Source: Lachnospiraceae bacterium (lineage in GTDB: Bacteria > Bacillota > Clostridia > Lachnospirales > Lachnospiraceae). Taken from it: DNA of 59,446 nt. The notes under the pieces were generated by a model. That model saw only the letters and a program-made list of their open reading frames with translations, ran no database searches and had not been told where the DNA came from. Positions 1 through 9,179 of this stretch are shown here, piece by piece. The translations under genes were made by a program, and so were the position numbers. The first letter of the stretch is position 1, and each line of letters begins with the position of its first letter. The stretch is from assembly GCA_017444675.1 (NCBI GenBank), contig JAFSWD010000170.1:1-59446 (forward strand). The letters are read 5' to 3'.

Positions 1-810
1 AAGACTACAGTTGCTTTACATATGGTAGCTGAAGTTCAGAAGATCGGCGGTATTGCTGGATTTATTGATGCAGAGCATGCTCTGGATCCTGTTTATGCAA
101 AGAATATCGGTGTTGACATCGATAATCTCTATATCTCACAGCCTGATAACGGTGAACAGGCCCTTGAGATCACAGAGACCATGGTACGTTCCGGTGCTGT
201 GGATATCATCATCGTGGACTCTGTAGCAGCCCTTGTTCCCAAGGCTGAGATAGAGGGAGATATGGGTGATGCTCATATGGGTCTTCAGGCAAGACTCATG
301 TCCCAGGCTTTAAGAAAACTCACTGCAGCCATCAGCAGATCCAATTGTGTTGTTATCTTTATCAACCAGCTTCGTGAAAAACTGGGTGTTATGTTCGGTA
401 ATCCCGAGACCACCACAGGCGGACGTGCTCTTAAGTTCTATGCTTCCGTAAGAATGGATGTCAGAAGAATAGAGTCTATTAAAGCCGGCGGAGAAGTTAT
501 CGGTAACAGGACAAAGATCAAGATAGTAAAGAACAAAGTGGCTCCGCCTTTTAAAGAAGCCGAATTCGATATCATGTTCGGCAAGGGTATATCCAAGACC
601 GGAGATATCCTGGATCTGGCAACCGAAGAGAATATCATCGTAAAGAGCGGTGCCTGGTTCTCATACAATGATGAGAAGATCGGTCAGGGCAGAGAGAACG
701 TTAAGAATTATCTGGATGAAAGACCTGCAGTACTTAGAGAGATCGAGAACAAAGTGCGTGAAAAGCACGGATTTGCGATCCTTCCTCCAATTGATGCAAA
801 CGAAGAATAA
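1..810 (+). CDS. recA: Recombinase RecA, 5'-partial (N-terminus including Walker A lies upstream of the window)
   Basis: Frame 1 is open from base 1 ([17 protein letters not shown]...). RecA core sequence is present: [29 protein letters not shown]. Stop at 808-810. Confidence 0.97.
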   Translation, partial: KTTVALHMVAEVQKIGGIAGFIDAEHALDPVYAKNIGVDIDNLYISQPDNGEQALEITETMVRSGAVDIIIVDSVAALVPKAEIEGDMGDAHMGLQARLMSQALRKLTAAISRSNCVVIFINQLREKLGVMFGNPETTTGGRALKFYASVRMDVRRIESIKAGGEVIGNRTKIKIVKNKVAPPFKEAEFDIMFGKGISKTGDILDLATEENIIVKSGAWFSYNDEKIGQGRENVKNYLDERPAVLREIENKVREKHGFAILPPIDANEE

Positions 811-815
811 AAAAC

Positions 816-1448
816 ATGCACATTATTACCGAGATCAAAGAGTTTTCAAAAGCCAAGATAAGGTATCTGTTTAAGGATGATACCTGCCTCACGTTGTATA
901 AAGGAATGTACAACGGAGATGGTGAGATCATGGAGGATAAGGACTATGACAGTTTTCTGTCCGAGATGATCGCCTACGGCAAAAAGAGAGCCATGAACCT
1001 TCTGGTTAAGAAAAGTTACTCCAGACGGGCTCTCGAAAAAAAGCTGGAAGATGACGGTTACGATCCGATCATCATCCTTAAGATATTTGAGTTTCTTGAT
1101 TCTTATCATTACCTTAACGATGAAGCTTTGGCCGAAAGCCTTATAATGAACAACAAGGCGGTTAAAAGTAAAGCAGAGATCCGTTTTTTGTTAAAGAAGA
1201 GAGAGATCAGCGATGAAGTGGCCGAAAAAGCCATGGAAGAGTATTATGTAAAGGATGAGGATGATCCGGAGGATCAGAATCCTGAGCTTAAAGCGGTAAT
1301 CCGTCTTCTTAAAAAGATCAATATGACGCCTGATAAGATAGCGGAATTGGATTTTAAAGAAAAGCAGAAACTGGCCGCCAGGTTTTACAGAAAAGGTTTT
1401 AAATCCGATGTGATATCAAAAGCCCTGAAGCTTGAAATCTTTGAGTAA
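816..1448 (+). CDS. recX: Recombination regulator RecX
   Basis: 210-aa ORF starting 6 nt after the recA stop. RecX-like helical repeats (YSRRALEKKLEDDGYDP, FLDSYHYLNDEALAESL) and recA-recX synteny. Confidence 0.85.
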   Translation: MHIITEIKEFSKAKIRYLFKDDTCLTLYKGMYNGDGEIMEDKDYDSFLSEMIAYGKKRAMNLLVKKSYSRRALEKKLEDDGYDPIIILKIFEFLDSYHYLNDEALAESLIMNNKAVKSKAEIRFLLKKREISDEVAEKAMEEYYVKDEDDPEDQNPELKAVIRLLKKINMTPDKIAELDFKEKQKLAARFYRKGFKSDVISKALKLEIFE

Positions 1449-1475
1449 TGTTTTGATTTTTGTATAATGGATCAT

Positions 1476-1513
1476 ATAAGACCGTGAATTTTGATCGCGG
1501 TCTTATTTTTTTC
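1476..1513 (+). terminator. Intrinsic terminator after recX
   Basis: 9-bp stem ATAAGACCG (1476-1484) / CGGTCTTAT (1498-1506), followed by a run of T. Confidence 0.7.
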
Positions 1514-1568
1514 GATTATTACCGGACTAAAACCACTATAATTACATAGTTATTTAAGGTTTTATTAC

Positions 1569-1603
1569 TTGTATTTCCTTACTACGTGTGATATTATTAT
1601 AAT
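1569..1603 (+). promoter_or_regulatory. Candidate sigma-A promoter for the decarboxylase operon
   Basis: TTGTAT (1569-1574), 17-nt spacer ending TGa, then TATTAT (1592-1597). An alternative TATAAT lies at 1598-1603. The -35 is only moderate. Confidence 0.35.
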
Positions 1604-1687
1604 TGCGAGAAAATCGGGTTTTCAATGAATTGTGGATATTTTGACAATCTGAAAACCCGTAAAAGAATAAACAGGAGGCACGTAGAT

Positions 1688-2035
1688 ATGACAGGAGTAT
1701 TTGCAGCTTCGACATGGTGGGACGGCGTTAAAGGCCCTCTTGCCGATGCCGGTGTCAACACGATTGTGGGCCTGTGCATTGTATTCGCAGCATTAGTGTT
1801 CATCAGCTTTATCATTTCACTTTTCAAATATATCGGAAAGTTGGATAAAAGCAGTGAAACAAAGGCTGAAGTCAAGGCACCCGCAGTTGCAGCACAGCAT
1901 TCCGGTAATGAGCTTAACATTGACAATTTTGAGCTCGTTGCCATTATTACCGCAGCCATCAGCGAGTATGAGGAATCCCGCGGTAATTTCTTCAAAGACG
2001 GCATAGTAGTTCGTTCCGTAAAGAAGATTTCTTAG
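1688..2035 (+). CDS. OadG-like small membrane (gamma) subunit of a Na+-translocating decarboxylase
   Basis: ATG 1688 is preceded by AGGAGG (1673-1678); the longer 1625 start has no RBS. One TM helix (IVGLCIVFAALVFISFIISLF) plus a hydrophilic tail. First gene of the decarboxylase cluster. Confidence 0.6.
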   Translation: MTGVFAASTWWDGVKGPLADAGVNTIVGLCIVFAALVFISFIISLFKYIGKLDKSSETKAEVKAPAVAAQHSGNELNIDNFELVAIITAAISEYEESRGNFFKDGIVVRSVKKIS

Positions 2036-2173
2036 TATTGAACGATCCGGCAGTTTTTCTTTCGGATCATGGCGCATATAAATGCGCAAGTTATCATTTA
2101 CCGGCAGTGGCCGGAAAACATTTCACCGGCATTGTGTCTTAAGACCCATGCTTATTAACGGAGGATTTTTAAA

Positions 2174-2521
2174 ATGAAGAATTATACTATTACAATTAAC
2201 GGAAATAAATATGCCGTAACAGTAGAAGAAGGAAACGGAAGCAATGTGGCTCAGGCAGCAGCTCCCGCAGCAGCACCCAAGGCAGCAGCTCCCGCAGGAA
2301 CTCAGGGTGCAGTTGCCATTTCTATGCCTATGCCCGGAAAGATCACAGGTATTAATTTATCTGCCGGCACCAAGGTTACAAAGGGACAGGTTATCCTTAC
2401 ATTCGAAGCAATGAAGATGGAAAACGAACTTACCGCTCCTCAGGACGGAACCATTGCTTCCATCAATTGCCAGGTTAATGACCAGGTAGAAGCAGGAACT
2501 GTAATCGTTACACTTAACTAA
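2174..2521 (+). CDS. Stand-alone biotin carboxyl carrier (biotinyl-domain) subunit
   Basis: GGAGG RBS. Ala/Pro-rich linker (AAAPAAAPKAAAPAG) followed by a biotinyl domain with the EAMKMENE (AMKM) biotinylation motif. Confidence 0.85.
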   Translation: MKNYTITINGNKYAVTVEEGNGSNVAQAAAPAAAPKAAAPAGTQGAVAISMPMPGKITGINLSAGTKVTKGQVILTFEAMKMENELTAPQDGTIASINCQVNDQVEAGTVIVTLN

Positions 2522-2538
2522 GAAAAGGGGTAATCTTC

Positions 2539-3696
2539 ATGAATATTGGTGAGACCTTATTGAACTTATGGGAACAGACAGGATTTGCCAACCTTTATTG
2601 GGGCAATTATGTCATGATCCTTGTGGCTCTTGTTTTCCTTTATCTTGGTATCAAATGGAAGTTTGAGCCCTTACTTCTTGTTCCGATCGCTTTCGGTATG
2701 TTGTTGGTAAACATGTATCCGTCCATTATGGCGGCTCCTTCGGTAGACCCTGTTACAGGTATCGAATCCGCAGGCGGATTGCTTTATTATTTCTTCAAAC
2801 TGGATGAATGGTCCATTTTCCCTTCTCTTATCTTCCTTGGAGTAGGTGCATCCACTGACTTCGGCCCCCTGATCGCCAATCCCAGAAGCTTCCTTCTCGG
2901 AGCGGCAGCTCAGCTGGGTATCTTTGTAGCTTATCTTCTTGCAATCCTTCTTGGATTTAACGGAGAGGCAGCTGCAGCGATCTCCATTATCGGTGGAGCA
3001 GACGGCCCCACATCCATTTTCCTTGCCGGTAAGCTTGGTCAGACAAACCTTATGGGCCCCATCGCGGTAGCGGCATACAGCTACATGTCACTGGTTCCTA
3101 TCATTCAGCCTCCTATCATGAGGGCTCTTACTACAAAAGAAGAGAGAAGGATCAAGATGGAACAGCTTCGTCCCGTTTCCAAACTTGAAAAGATCCTTTT
3201 CCCTATCATCGTAACCATTGTTGTATGTTTCCTGCTTCCTTCCACAGCTCCTCTTGTGGGTATGCTGATGCTGGGTAACCTTTTCAAGGAATGCGGAGTT
3301 ACAAAGCAGCTTTCAGAAACCGCTCAGAACGCACTTATGTACATCGTTGTTATCATGCTCAGTACATCGGTAGGTGCATCCACCAGCGCAGAGAATTTCC
3401 TTCAGTGGACGACCATCAAGATCGTTGTTCTGGGACTTGTTGCTTTTGCCTTCGGCACAGCAGGCGGTGTTCTTCTCGGAAAACTCATGTGCAAGCTCAC
3501 ACATGGTAAGATCAATCCTTTGATCGGTTCCGCAGGTGTTTCTGCAGTTCCAATGGCAGCGCGTGTATCTCAGAAGGTCGGCGCAAAAGAGGATCCTACA
3601 AACTTCCTTCTTATGCACGCTATGGGACCCAACGTTGCGGGCGTTATCGGAACAGCAGTAGCAGCCGGTGTATTCATGGCTATTTTCGGAGTTTGA
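2539..3696 (+). CDS. oadB: Na+-translocating decarboxylase beta (membrane pump) subunit
   Basis: 385-aa polytopic membrane protein with the OadB/GcdB/MmdB look (GGADGPTSIF, SAGVSAVPMAARV). Lies between the biotin carrier and the carboxyltransferase. Confidence 0.88.
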   Translation: MNIGETLLNLWEQTGFANLYWGNYVMILVALVFLYLGIKWKFEPLLLVPIAFGMLLVNMYPSIMAAPSVDPVTGIESAGGLLYYFFKLDEWSIFPSLIFLGVGASTDFGPLIANPRSFLLGAAAQLGIFVAYLLAILLGFNGEAAAAISIIGGADGPTSIFLAGKLGQTNLMGPIAVAAYSYMSLVPIIQPPIMRALTTKEERRIKMEQLRPVSKLEKILFPIIVTIVVCFLLPSTAPLVGMLMLGNLFKECGVTKQLSETAQNALMYIVVIMLSTSVGASTSAENFLQWTTIKIVVLGLVAFAFGTAGGVLLGKLMCKLTHGKINPLIGSAGVSAVPMAARVSQKVGAKEDPTNFLLMHAMGPNVAGVIGTAVAAGVFMAIFGV

Positions 3697-3718
3697 TCAA
3701 TAGAAAGGGTATAAAACT

Positions 3719-5167
3719 ATGGCTGATATTAAAAAGAAACCTATCGGTATTACCGAAACAATACTTCGTGACGCTCATCAGTCCCTGATCGCTACCAGAA
3801 TGCCCACATCCGAAATGCTCCCTATTCTGGACAAGATGGACAAGGTGGGGTATCACTCCATTGAATGCTGGGGCGGCGCTACATTTGATGCATGTCTCAG
3901 ATTCCTTAAGGAAGATCCTTGGGAAAGACTCAGAGCTTTAAGAAAGGGACTTCCTCATTCAAAGCTTCAGATGCTTTTCCGTGGACAGAATATCCTGGGC
4001 TATAACCATTATTCCGATGATGTGGTTGAATACTTCGTTCAGAAGTCCGTTGCCAACGGTATCGATATCATCAGGATATTTGACTGCTTTAACGATCTTC
4101 GTAACCTTGAAACGGCAGTTAAGGCCGCAAAGAAGGAAGGAGCACATGCACAGATAGCTCTTTCCTATACTCTCGGTGAAGCTTATACCCTGGAGTATTG
4201 GGAGAAGATGGCTAAGTCCGTTGAGGAACTGGGGGCTGATTCCATCTGTATTAAGGATATGGCCGGCCTTCTTGTTCCTTATGCTGCTACAGAACTGGTT
4301 ACAGCTCTTAAGAACGGTTCAAAGATCCCGCTGCAGATGCACACACATTACACATCGGGTGTTGCTTCCATGACCTATCTTAAGGCTGTTGAAGCAGGTG
4401 CTGATGTTATCGACTGCGCTATGAGCCCTCTTTCAATGGGTACTGCACAGCCTGCTACGGAAGTAATGGTTGAGACCTTCAAGGGTACACCTTACGATAC
4501 AGGCTATGACCAGAACCTTCTGGCAGAGATCGCCGATTACTTCAGACCTTACAGAGAGGAAGTGCTTAAGAACGGCCTCTTGAATCCCAAGGTTTTGGGC
4601 GTAAATATCAAGACACTTCTTTATCAGGTTCCCGGCGGTATGCTTTCCAACCTTGTATCACAGCTTAAGGAAGCACATGCTGAGGATAAGTACGAAGCAG
4701 TTCTTAAAGAGATCCCCAATGTAAGAAAGGATTTCGGAGAGCCGCCTCTTGTAACACCTTCATCTCAGATCGTAGGTACTCAGGCTGTTCTCAATGTTCT
4801 TTCAGGTGAACGTTACAAGATGATCACCAAGGAGTCCAAAAAGATACTTGCAGGAGAATTCGGTAAGACTGTTAAGCCTTTCAACAAGGAAGTACAGAAA
4901 AAAGCTATCGGAGATGCGGAGCCCATTACCTGCCGTCCGGCAGATCTCATTCCTCCCCAGTTGGATAAGTTCCGCGAGGAGTGCAAAGAGTGGATCCAGC
5001 AGGATGAGGACGTGCTTTCCTATGCATTGTTCCCTCAGGTTGCTACAGAATTCTTTAAGTACCGCAAAGCTAAGCAGGAGAATCCTGATTTTGATAAAGA
5101 GCCTAAAGCTCCCGAAGGTAATGACAGAAGTTTAAATGTTACCGTTGCTGCGGATGCTTTTAAATAA
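3719..5167 (+). CDS. oadA: Oxaloacetate decarboxylase alpha / pyruvate-carboxylase-B-type carboxyltransferase subunit, without a biotinyl domain
   Basis: 482 aa. N-terminal HMGL-like TIM barrel (ITETILRDAHQSL, IRIFDCFND, ICIKDMAGLL, HTHYTSG) and a PYC_OADA-type C-terminal region. No AMKM motif. Confidence 0.85.
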   Translation: MADIKKKPIGITETILRDAHQSLIATRMPTSEMLPILDKMDKVGYHSIECWGGATFDACLRFLKEDPWERLRALRKGLPHSKLQMLFRGQNILGYNHYSDDVVEYFVQKSVANGIDIIRIFDCFNDLRNLETAVKAAKKEGAHAQIALSYTLGEAYTLEYWEKMAKSVEELGADSICIKDMAGLLVPYAATELVTALKNGSKIPLQMHTHYTSGVASMTYLKAVEAGADVIDCAMSPLSMGTAQPATEVMVETFKGTPYDTGYDQNLLAEIADYFRPYREEVLKNGLLNPKVLGVNIKTLLYQVPGGMLSNLVSQLKEAHAEDKYEAVLKEIPNVRKDFGEPPLVTPSSQIVGTQAVLNVLSGERYKMITKESKKILAGEFGKTVKPFNKEVQKKAIGDAEPITCRPADLIPPQLDKFREECKEWIQQDEDVLSYALFPQVATEFFKYRKAKQENPDFDKEPKAPEGNDRSLNVTVAADAFK

Positions 5168-5195
5168 TTCAGCTTTTAAAATTAAATTCAGAATT

Positions 5196-5233
5196 AATAA
5201 AGAGCGGATTTGCGTCCGTTCTTTATTTTTTTT
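5196..5233 (+). terminator. Intrinsic terminator after the decarboxylase operon
   Basis: Long stem AATAAAGAGCGGA / TCCGTTCTTTATT with one G.U pair and loop TTTGCG, followed by about 8 T. Confidence 0.8.
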
Positions 5234-5397
5234 GTTCTTTTGCCCTTATTTTTCTGTTTTCAAAACAATTATAATGTGCTATTATACTAATGATCATGAT
5301 GTCGGAGTCAGAGGTTCCTTTTTTTACACAACGGATTCAGTAAAGTTTAAAGAGCCTTTACTTTTACCATCATATAAAAATTTAATGGGAGGTATCT

Positions 5398-6102
5398 ATG
5401 GGCTTATTTAATGATGCTAAGAATCAGCTTGACAATGAAAAAACCGAAGTGTCCGAGAACAATCTTTTTGATGTTCAGGATGAGGAAGTGGATGCAGCCG
5501 ATATCGATACGGAACTGCTTGAATCCATATTAGAGGATTCAGAAGAAGATGACGGTAAAAAATCCAAGAAGAAAGAAGAAAAGGTTGAGAGTACAAGAGC
5601 GGTTCCCGATGTTGCGGAAAGACGTTCAAAGCTTGAGAGCGAAGGTGCATCTTCAGATGCTTCACAGACTACTCTTATCACTAAAGGTACTACTATCAAC
5701 GGATCCATTATTTCCGACTGTTCTCTGGATGTTATGGGAACCATCAACGGTGATATTGAATGTCTCGGAAAGCTGACTATATCCGGTAAAGTGACCGGAA
5801 ATTCGGTTGCTTCCGAAGTATTTGTAAATACAGACAGACTTGACGGATCCATTACCTGTGAAGGTACCGTTAAGATCGGTCAGGGAACCATCGTTATCGG
5901 TGATATCACCGCATCTTCGGCCGTACTTGCAGGCGCTGTAAAGGGGGAAGTGGATGTTAACGGACCTGTGGTCCTTGATTCAACCGCTATCATTAAGGGC
6001 AATATCAAGGCTAAATCCGTTCAGATGAACAACGGGGCCGTGCTTGACGGCTTCTGCTCACTTTCCTACGCAGAGCTTGATGTTGATTCTATTTTTGAAT
6101 AA
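5398..6102 (+). CDS. Bactofilin-family (polymer-forming cytoskeletal) protein with an acidic N-terminal extension
   Basis: GGGAGG RBS. The C-terminal ~130 aa show beta-helix repeats typical of bactofilin/DUF583 (GTINGSIISDCSLDVMGTINGDIECLGKLTISGKVTGN...). The N-terminal ~95 aa are D/E/K-rich. Confidence 0.8.
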   Translation: MGLFNDAKNQLDNEKTEVSENNLFDVQDEEVDAADIDTELLESILEDSEEDDGKKSKKKEEKVESTRAVPDVAERRSKLESEGASSDASQTTLITKGTTINGSIISDCSLDVMGTINGDIECLGKLTISGKVTGNSVASEVFVNTDRLDGSITCEGTVKIGQGTIVIGDITASSAVLAGAVKGEVDVNGPVVLDSTAIIKGNIKAKSVQMNNGAVLDGFCSLSYAELDVDSIFE

Positions 6103-6117
6103 GACAGGATATTATAA

Positions 6118-6825
6118 ATGGCTAAATACAAAAGAATACTTTTAAAATTAAGCGGCGAAGCTCTTGCGGGAGATAAGAAAACGGGCTTTGACGAAAAAAC
6201 CTGCATCATGGTGGGTGAACAGGTTAAAAAACTTTTGGAAGAAGGCATACAGGTAGCTGTCGTTATCGGCGGCGGAAACTTCTGGAGAGGAAGAAAAAGC
6301 GAGACCATCGACAGAGTTAAAGCAGATCAGATAGGTATGCTTGCCACTGTTATGAATTGCATTTATGTCAGTGACATTTTCCGTTATCTTGGTCTTGGAA
6401 CAAGCATATATACACCTTTCGCATGCGGCAGTATGACCTCACTGTTCTCTAAGGATAATGCGGTAAATGACCTTGAAAACGGTAAAGTCGTATTTCTGGC
6501 AGGCGGTACAGGTCATCCCTACTTCTCAACAGATTCAGCCACTGCGCTCAGAGCGATTGAATTAAACTGCGATATGATCCTTATGGCTAAAGCTGTGGAC
6601 GGAGTATATGACAGCGATCCCAACTTAAATCCCGCCGCGAAGAAATATGACAAGATGGCGATCAATACCATCATAGACCATAAACTGGGCGTCATCGATA
6701 TGACAGCTGCAGTTCTTTGCCTTGAAAACAAGATGCCTCTTTTCATTTTCTCTCTGCTTGAAAAAGACGGAATTTACAATGCGGCTGTGGGTAAAGCAAG
6801 CGGAACAGTGATCACCGCAGAATAA
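6118..6825 (+). CDS. pyrH: UMP kinase
   Basis: KRILLKLSGEAL N-terminus, VVIGGGNFWRG, GTGHPYFSTDSATALRA. pyrH-frr synteny. Confidence 0.95.
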   Translation: MAKYKRILLKLSGEALAGDKKTGFDEKTCIMVGEQVKKLLEEGIQVAVVIGGGNFWRGRKSETIDRVKADQIGMLATVMNCIYVSDIFRYLGLGTSIYTPFACGSMTSLFSKDNAVNDLENGKVVFLAGGTGHPYFSTDSATALRAIELNCDMILMAKAVDGVYDSDPNLNPAAKKYDKMAINTIIDHKLGVIDMTAAVLCLENKMPLFIFSLLEKDGIYNAAVGKASGTVITAE

Positions 6826-6878
6826 CCTTTAATTTTAGATTGAGTCGGTTTGCTTAGAGCAAACGAATGGAGAAGACT

Positions 6879-7433
6879 ATGAACGATAAGATTAAACCTT
6901 ACGATGAAAAAATGGAAAAAACCATAGCTGTTCTGGCTGAAGATTTTGCTTCCATAAGAGCCGGACGTGCAAATCCTCATCTTCTTGACAAGATCAGAGT
7001 TGATTATTACGGAACTCCCACTTCCATTCAAGGCGTGGCTAACGTTTCCGTTCCCGAAGCAAGGATCATCCAGATCCAGCCTTGGGAATCAAAGATGATC
7101 AAGGAGATCGAAAAAGCCATCATGGCTTCCGAACTCGGCATTACACCCAATAATGACGGTAAAGTCATCAGACTTGTTTTCCCGGAACTTACCGAGGAAC
7201 GCAGAAAGTCTCTTGCCAAGGATATCAGAAAGAGTGCAGAAAATGCAAAGGTTGCAGTAAGAAATATCCGTCGTGATGCAATGGATGTTATCAAAAAAAT
7301 GGGTAAGAATTCCGAGATTTCGGAAGACGAAGAGAAGACCATAGAGGATGAGATCCAGAAAGCTACCGATAAGCGCATTGCCGAGATCGATAAGATGGCA
7401 GATGCTAAAGAAAAAGAAATCATGACAGTATGA
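6879..7433 (+). CDS. frr: Ribosome recycling factor
   Basis: Frr sequence ([36 protein letters not shown]). ATG 6879 has GGAG 6 nt upstream; the alternative in-frame ATG at 6867 lacks an RBS. Confidence 0.93.
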   Translation: MNDKIKPYDEKMEKTIAVLAEDFASIRAGRANPHLLDKIRVDYYGTPTSIQGVANVSVPEARIIQIQPWESKMIKEIEKAIMASELGITPNNDGKVIRLVFPELTEERRKSLAKDIRKSAENAKVAVRNIRRDAMDVIKKMGKNSEISEDEEKTIEDEIQKATDKRIAEIDKMADAKEKEIMTV

Positions 7434-7457
7434 TCTAACAATTACTTGTAAAAGATT

Positions 7458-7492
7458 CCCACTTGTCCTATAATGAACAAGTGGGTTTTTTC
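7458..7492 (+). terminator. Intrinsic terminator after frr
   Basis: Perfect 9-bp stem CCCACTTGT (7458-7466) / ACAAGTGGG (7477-7485), followed by TTTTTT. Confidence 0.8.
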
Positions 7493-7522
7493 TTAAATAT
7501 TTTTGGGCAAGGGGATATAAAA

Positions 7523-8245
7523 ATGGCTGAAAAGTTGACAGATTTAGTGATCCCGCAGCATATAGCGATCATCATGGATGGCAACGGAAGATGGGCAAAA
7601 AAACGAGGATTGCCCAGAACCGCAGGCCACAGAGCAGGTGCAAAGGCTGTGGAAAAAATATGTGAAGAGGCATATAATGCAGGGGTTAAATACCTTACGA
7701 TTTATGCTTTTTCAACAGAAAACTGGTCAAGGCCCGCAGAAGAAGTAAATATGCTCATGAATCTTTTGAGAGATTACTTAAGCGACAGTCTGACCAATGC
7801 AAAGAAGAATAATATGAAGATCAGGGTCATCGGCGACAGAAATGCTCTTTCCCCGGATATCAGAGACAGGATCATAGAGACTGAAGAAGCATCCAAGGAC
7901 TATACAGGCCTTAATTTTCAGATAGCCATAAATTACGGAGGACAGGATGAGATCCTTCGTGCCGTTAAGAAGATCGGAGAAAGGGTTAAGGCCGGAGATA
8001 TCTTACCTGAAGACATCTCCGTTAAAACCATAGAGGACTCTCTTGATACGGCAGGAATCCCTGCTCCGGATCTTTTGATCAGGACCAGCGGAGAACAGAG
8101 ACTTTCCAATTTCTTATTATGGCAGCTTTCCTATACGGAGTTTTATTTTTGTGATACATTGTGGCCGGATTTTGGCAAAAAACAACTTCTTGAAGCCATC
8201 AAATACTATAATACCAGAGACCGAAGATACGGAGGGGTTAAATAA
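7523..8245 (+). CDS. uppS: Undecaprenyl-diphosphate synthase (isoprenyl transferase)
   Basis: IIMDGNGRWA and RTSGEQRLSNFLLWQ motifs. ATG 7523 follows GGGGA; the upstream ORF extension from 7463 overlaps the frr terminator. Confidence 0.93.
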   Translation: MAEKLTDLVIPQHIAIIMDGNGRWAKKRGLPRTAGHRAGAKAVEKICEEAYNAGVKYLTIYAFSTENWSRPAEEVNMLMNLLRDYLSDSLTNAKKNNMKIRVIGDRNALSPDIRDRIIETEEASKDYTGLNFQIAINYGGQDEILRAVKKIGERVKAGDILPEDISVKTIEDSLDTAGIPAPDLLIRTSGEQRLSNFLLWQLSYTEFYFCDTLWPDFGKKQLLEAIKYYNTRDRRYGGVK

Positions 8246-8247
8246 CA

Positions 8248-9090
8248 ATGTCCGATAACTACAATGATGATAAAAAAGAAAAAAGGAAGACATTGCTCAT
8301 ACGTGTAAGAAGCGCTGCGCTCTTAACTCTTATTGCTTTTGCGGCTATAATTCCCGGCGGTCTTGTATTGTTATTTGTTAATTCTGCCGTTGCATGCCTG
8401 GGCATGTATGAACTTCAAAAGACAGTCAATGTTCAAAAGACACTTTTGCAATATATCAGTTCTCTTGCCTGCGGATGTCTGTATCTTGCGGCTTATCTTC
8501 AAAAACAGGAGTGGATGGTCCCTCTGTTTATGATCTATCTGCTGATACTCTTTGCATGTATGGTGGTTTGTTATCCCAAGTACAATGTGACTCAGGTAAT
8601 GGTAACCTTTGCTTCCCTGATCTACGTGGGTCTCGGAATGTCCTACATTTATCTGACCAGGACCGAGGTTACTAACGGAGCCTTTATCGTATGGCTTATC
8701 TTTATCTGTTCCTGGATATCAGATTCCGGTGCCTATCTTACAGGCATAGCCATAGGCAAGCATAAAGCGTTTCCCAAGCTTTCGCCCAAGAAATCGGTGG
8801 AAGGCTGTATCGGAGGAGTTTTAGCAAGCATTGTTATAGGTATTCTTTACAAACTTGTTTTGGATCTTTTAGGTTTTGATCTTATAGACTATCCCGCACT
8901 GATCCTTATCTGCGGTGTGGGCTCGGTATTCTCACAGATTGGAGATCTGGCGGCATCCGCCATTAAAAGATTCTGCAATATCAAGGATTACAGTAATCTT
9001 ATCCCCGGTCACGGAGGTATCCTTGACAGATTTGACAGCATTATTTTTGTAGCACCGTTAGTTTATTATCTTGGCTATTTTTTAGGATAA
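8248..9090 (+). CDS. cdsA: Phosphatidate cytidylyltransferase
   Basis: Polytopic membrane protein with the CTP-transferase signature SAIKRFCNIKDYSNLIPGHGGILDRFDS. Confidence 0.9.
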   Translation: MSDNYNDDKKEKRKTLLIRVRSAALLTLIAFAAIIPGGLVLLFVNSAVACLGMYELQKTVNVQKTLLQYISSLACGCLYLAAYLQKQEWMVPLFMIYLLILFACMVVCYPKYNVTQVMVTFASLIYVGLGMSYIYLTRTEVTNGAFIVWLIFICSWISDSGAYLTGIAIGKHKAFPKLSPKKSVEGCIGGVLASIVIGILYKLVLDLLGFDLIDYPALILICGVGSVFSQIGDLAASAIKRFCNIKDYSNLIPGHGGILDRFDSIIFVAPLVYYLGYFLG

Positions 9091-9179
9091 AATAAAAAGA
9101 TATGAATATTACAAGGCGGTTCGTTAACATTCGAAACTTGAATGGAATGAGCCGCTTTGCTTAACGAAGGAATGAACAT

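Noticed and set aside
5136-5411. 91-aa + strand ORF bridging the end of oadA and the start of the bactofilin gene
   Set aside because: It runs straight through the strong oadA terminator hairpin and T-tract. It has no RBS, and its sequence is typical of translated AT-rich spacer.
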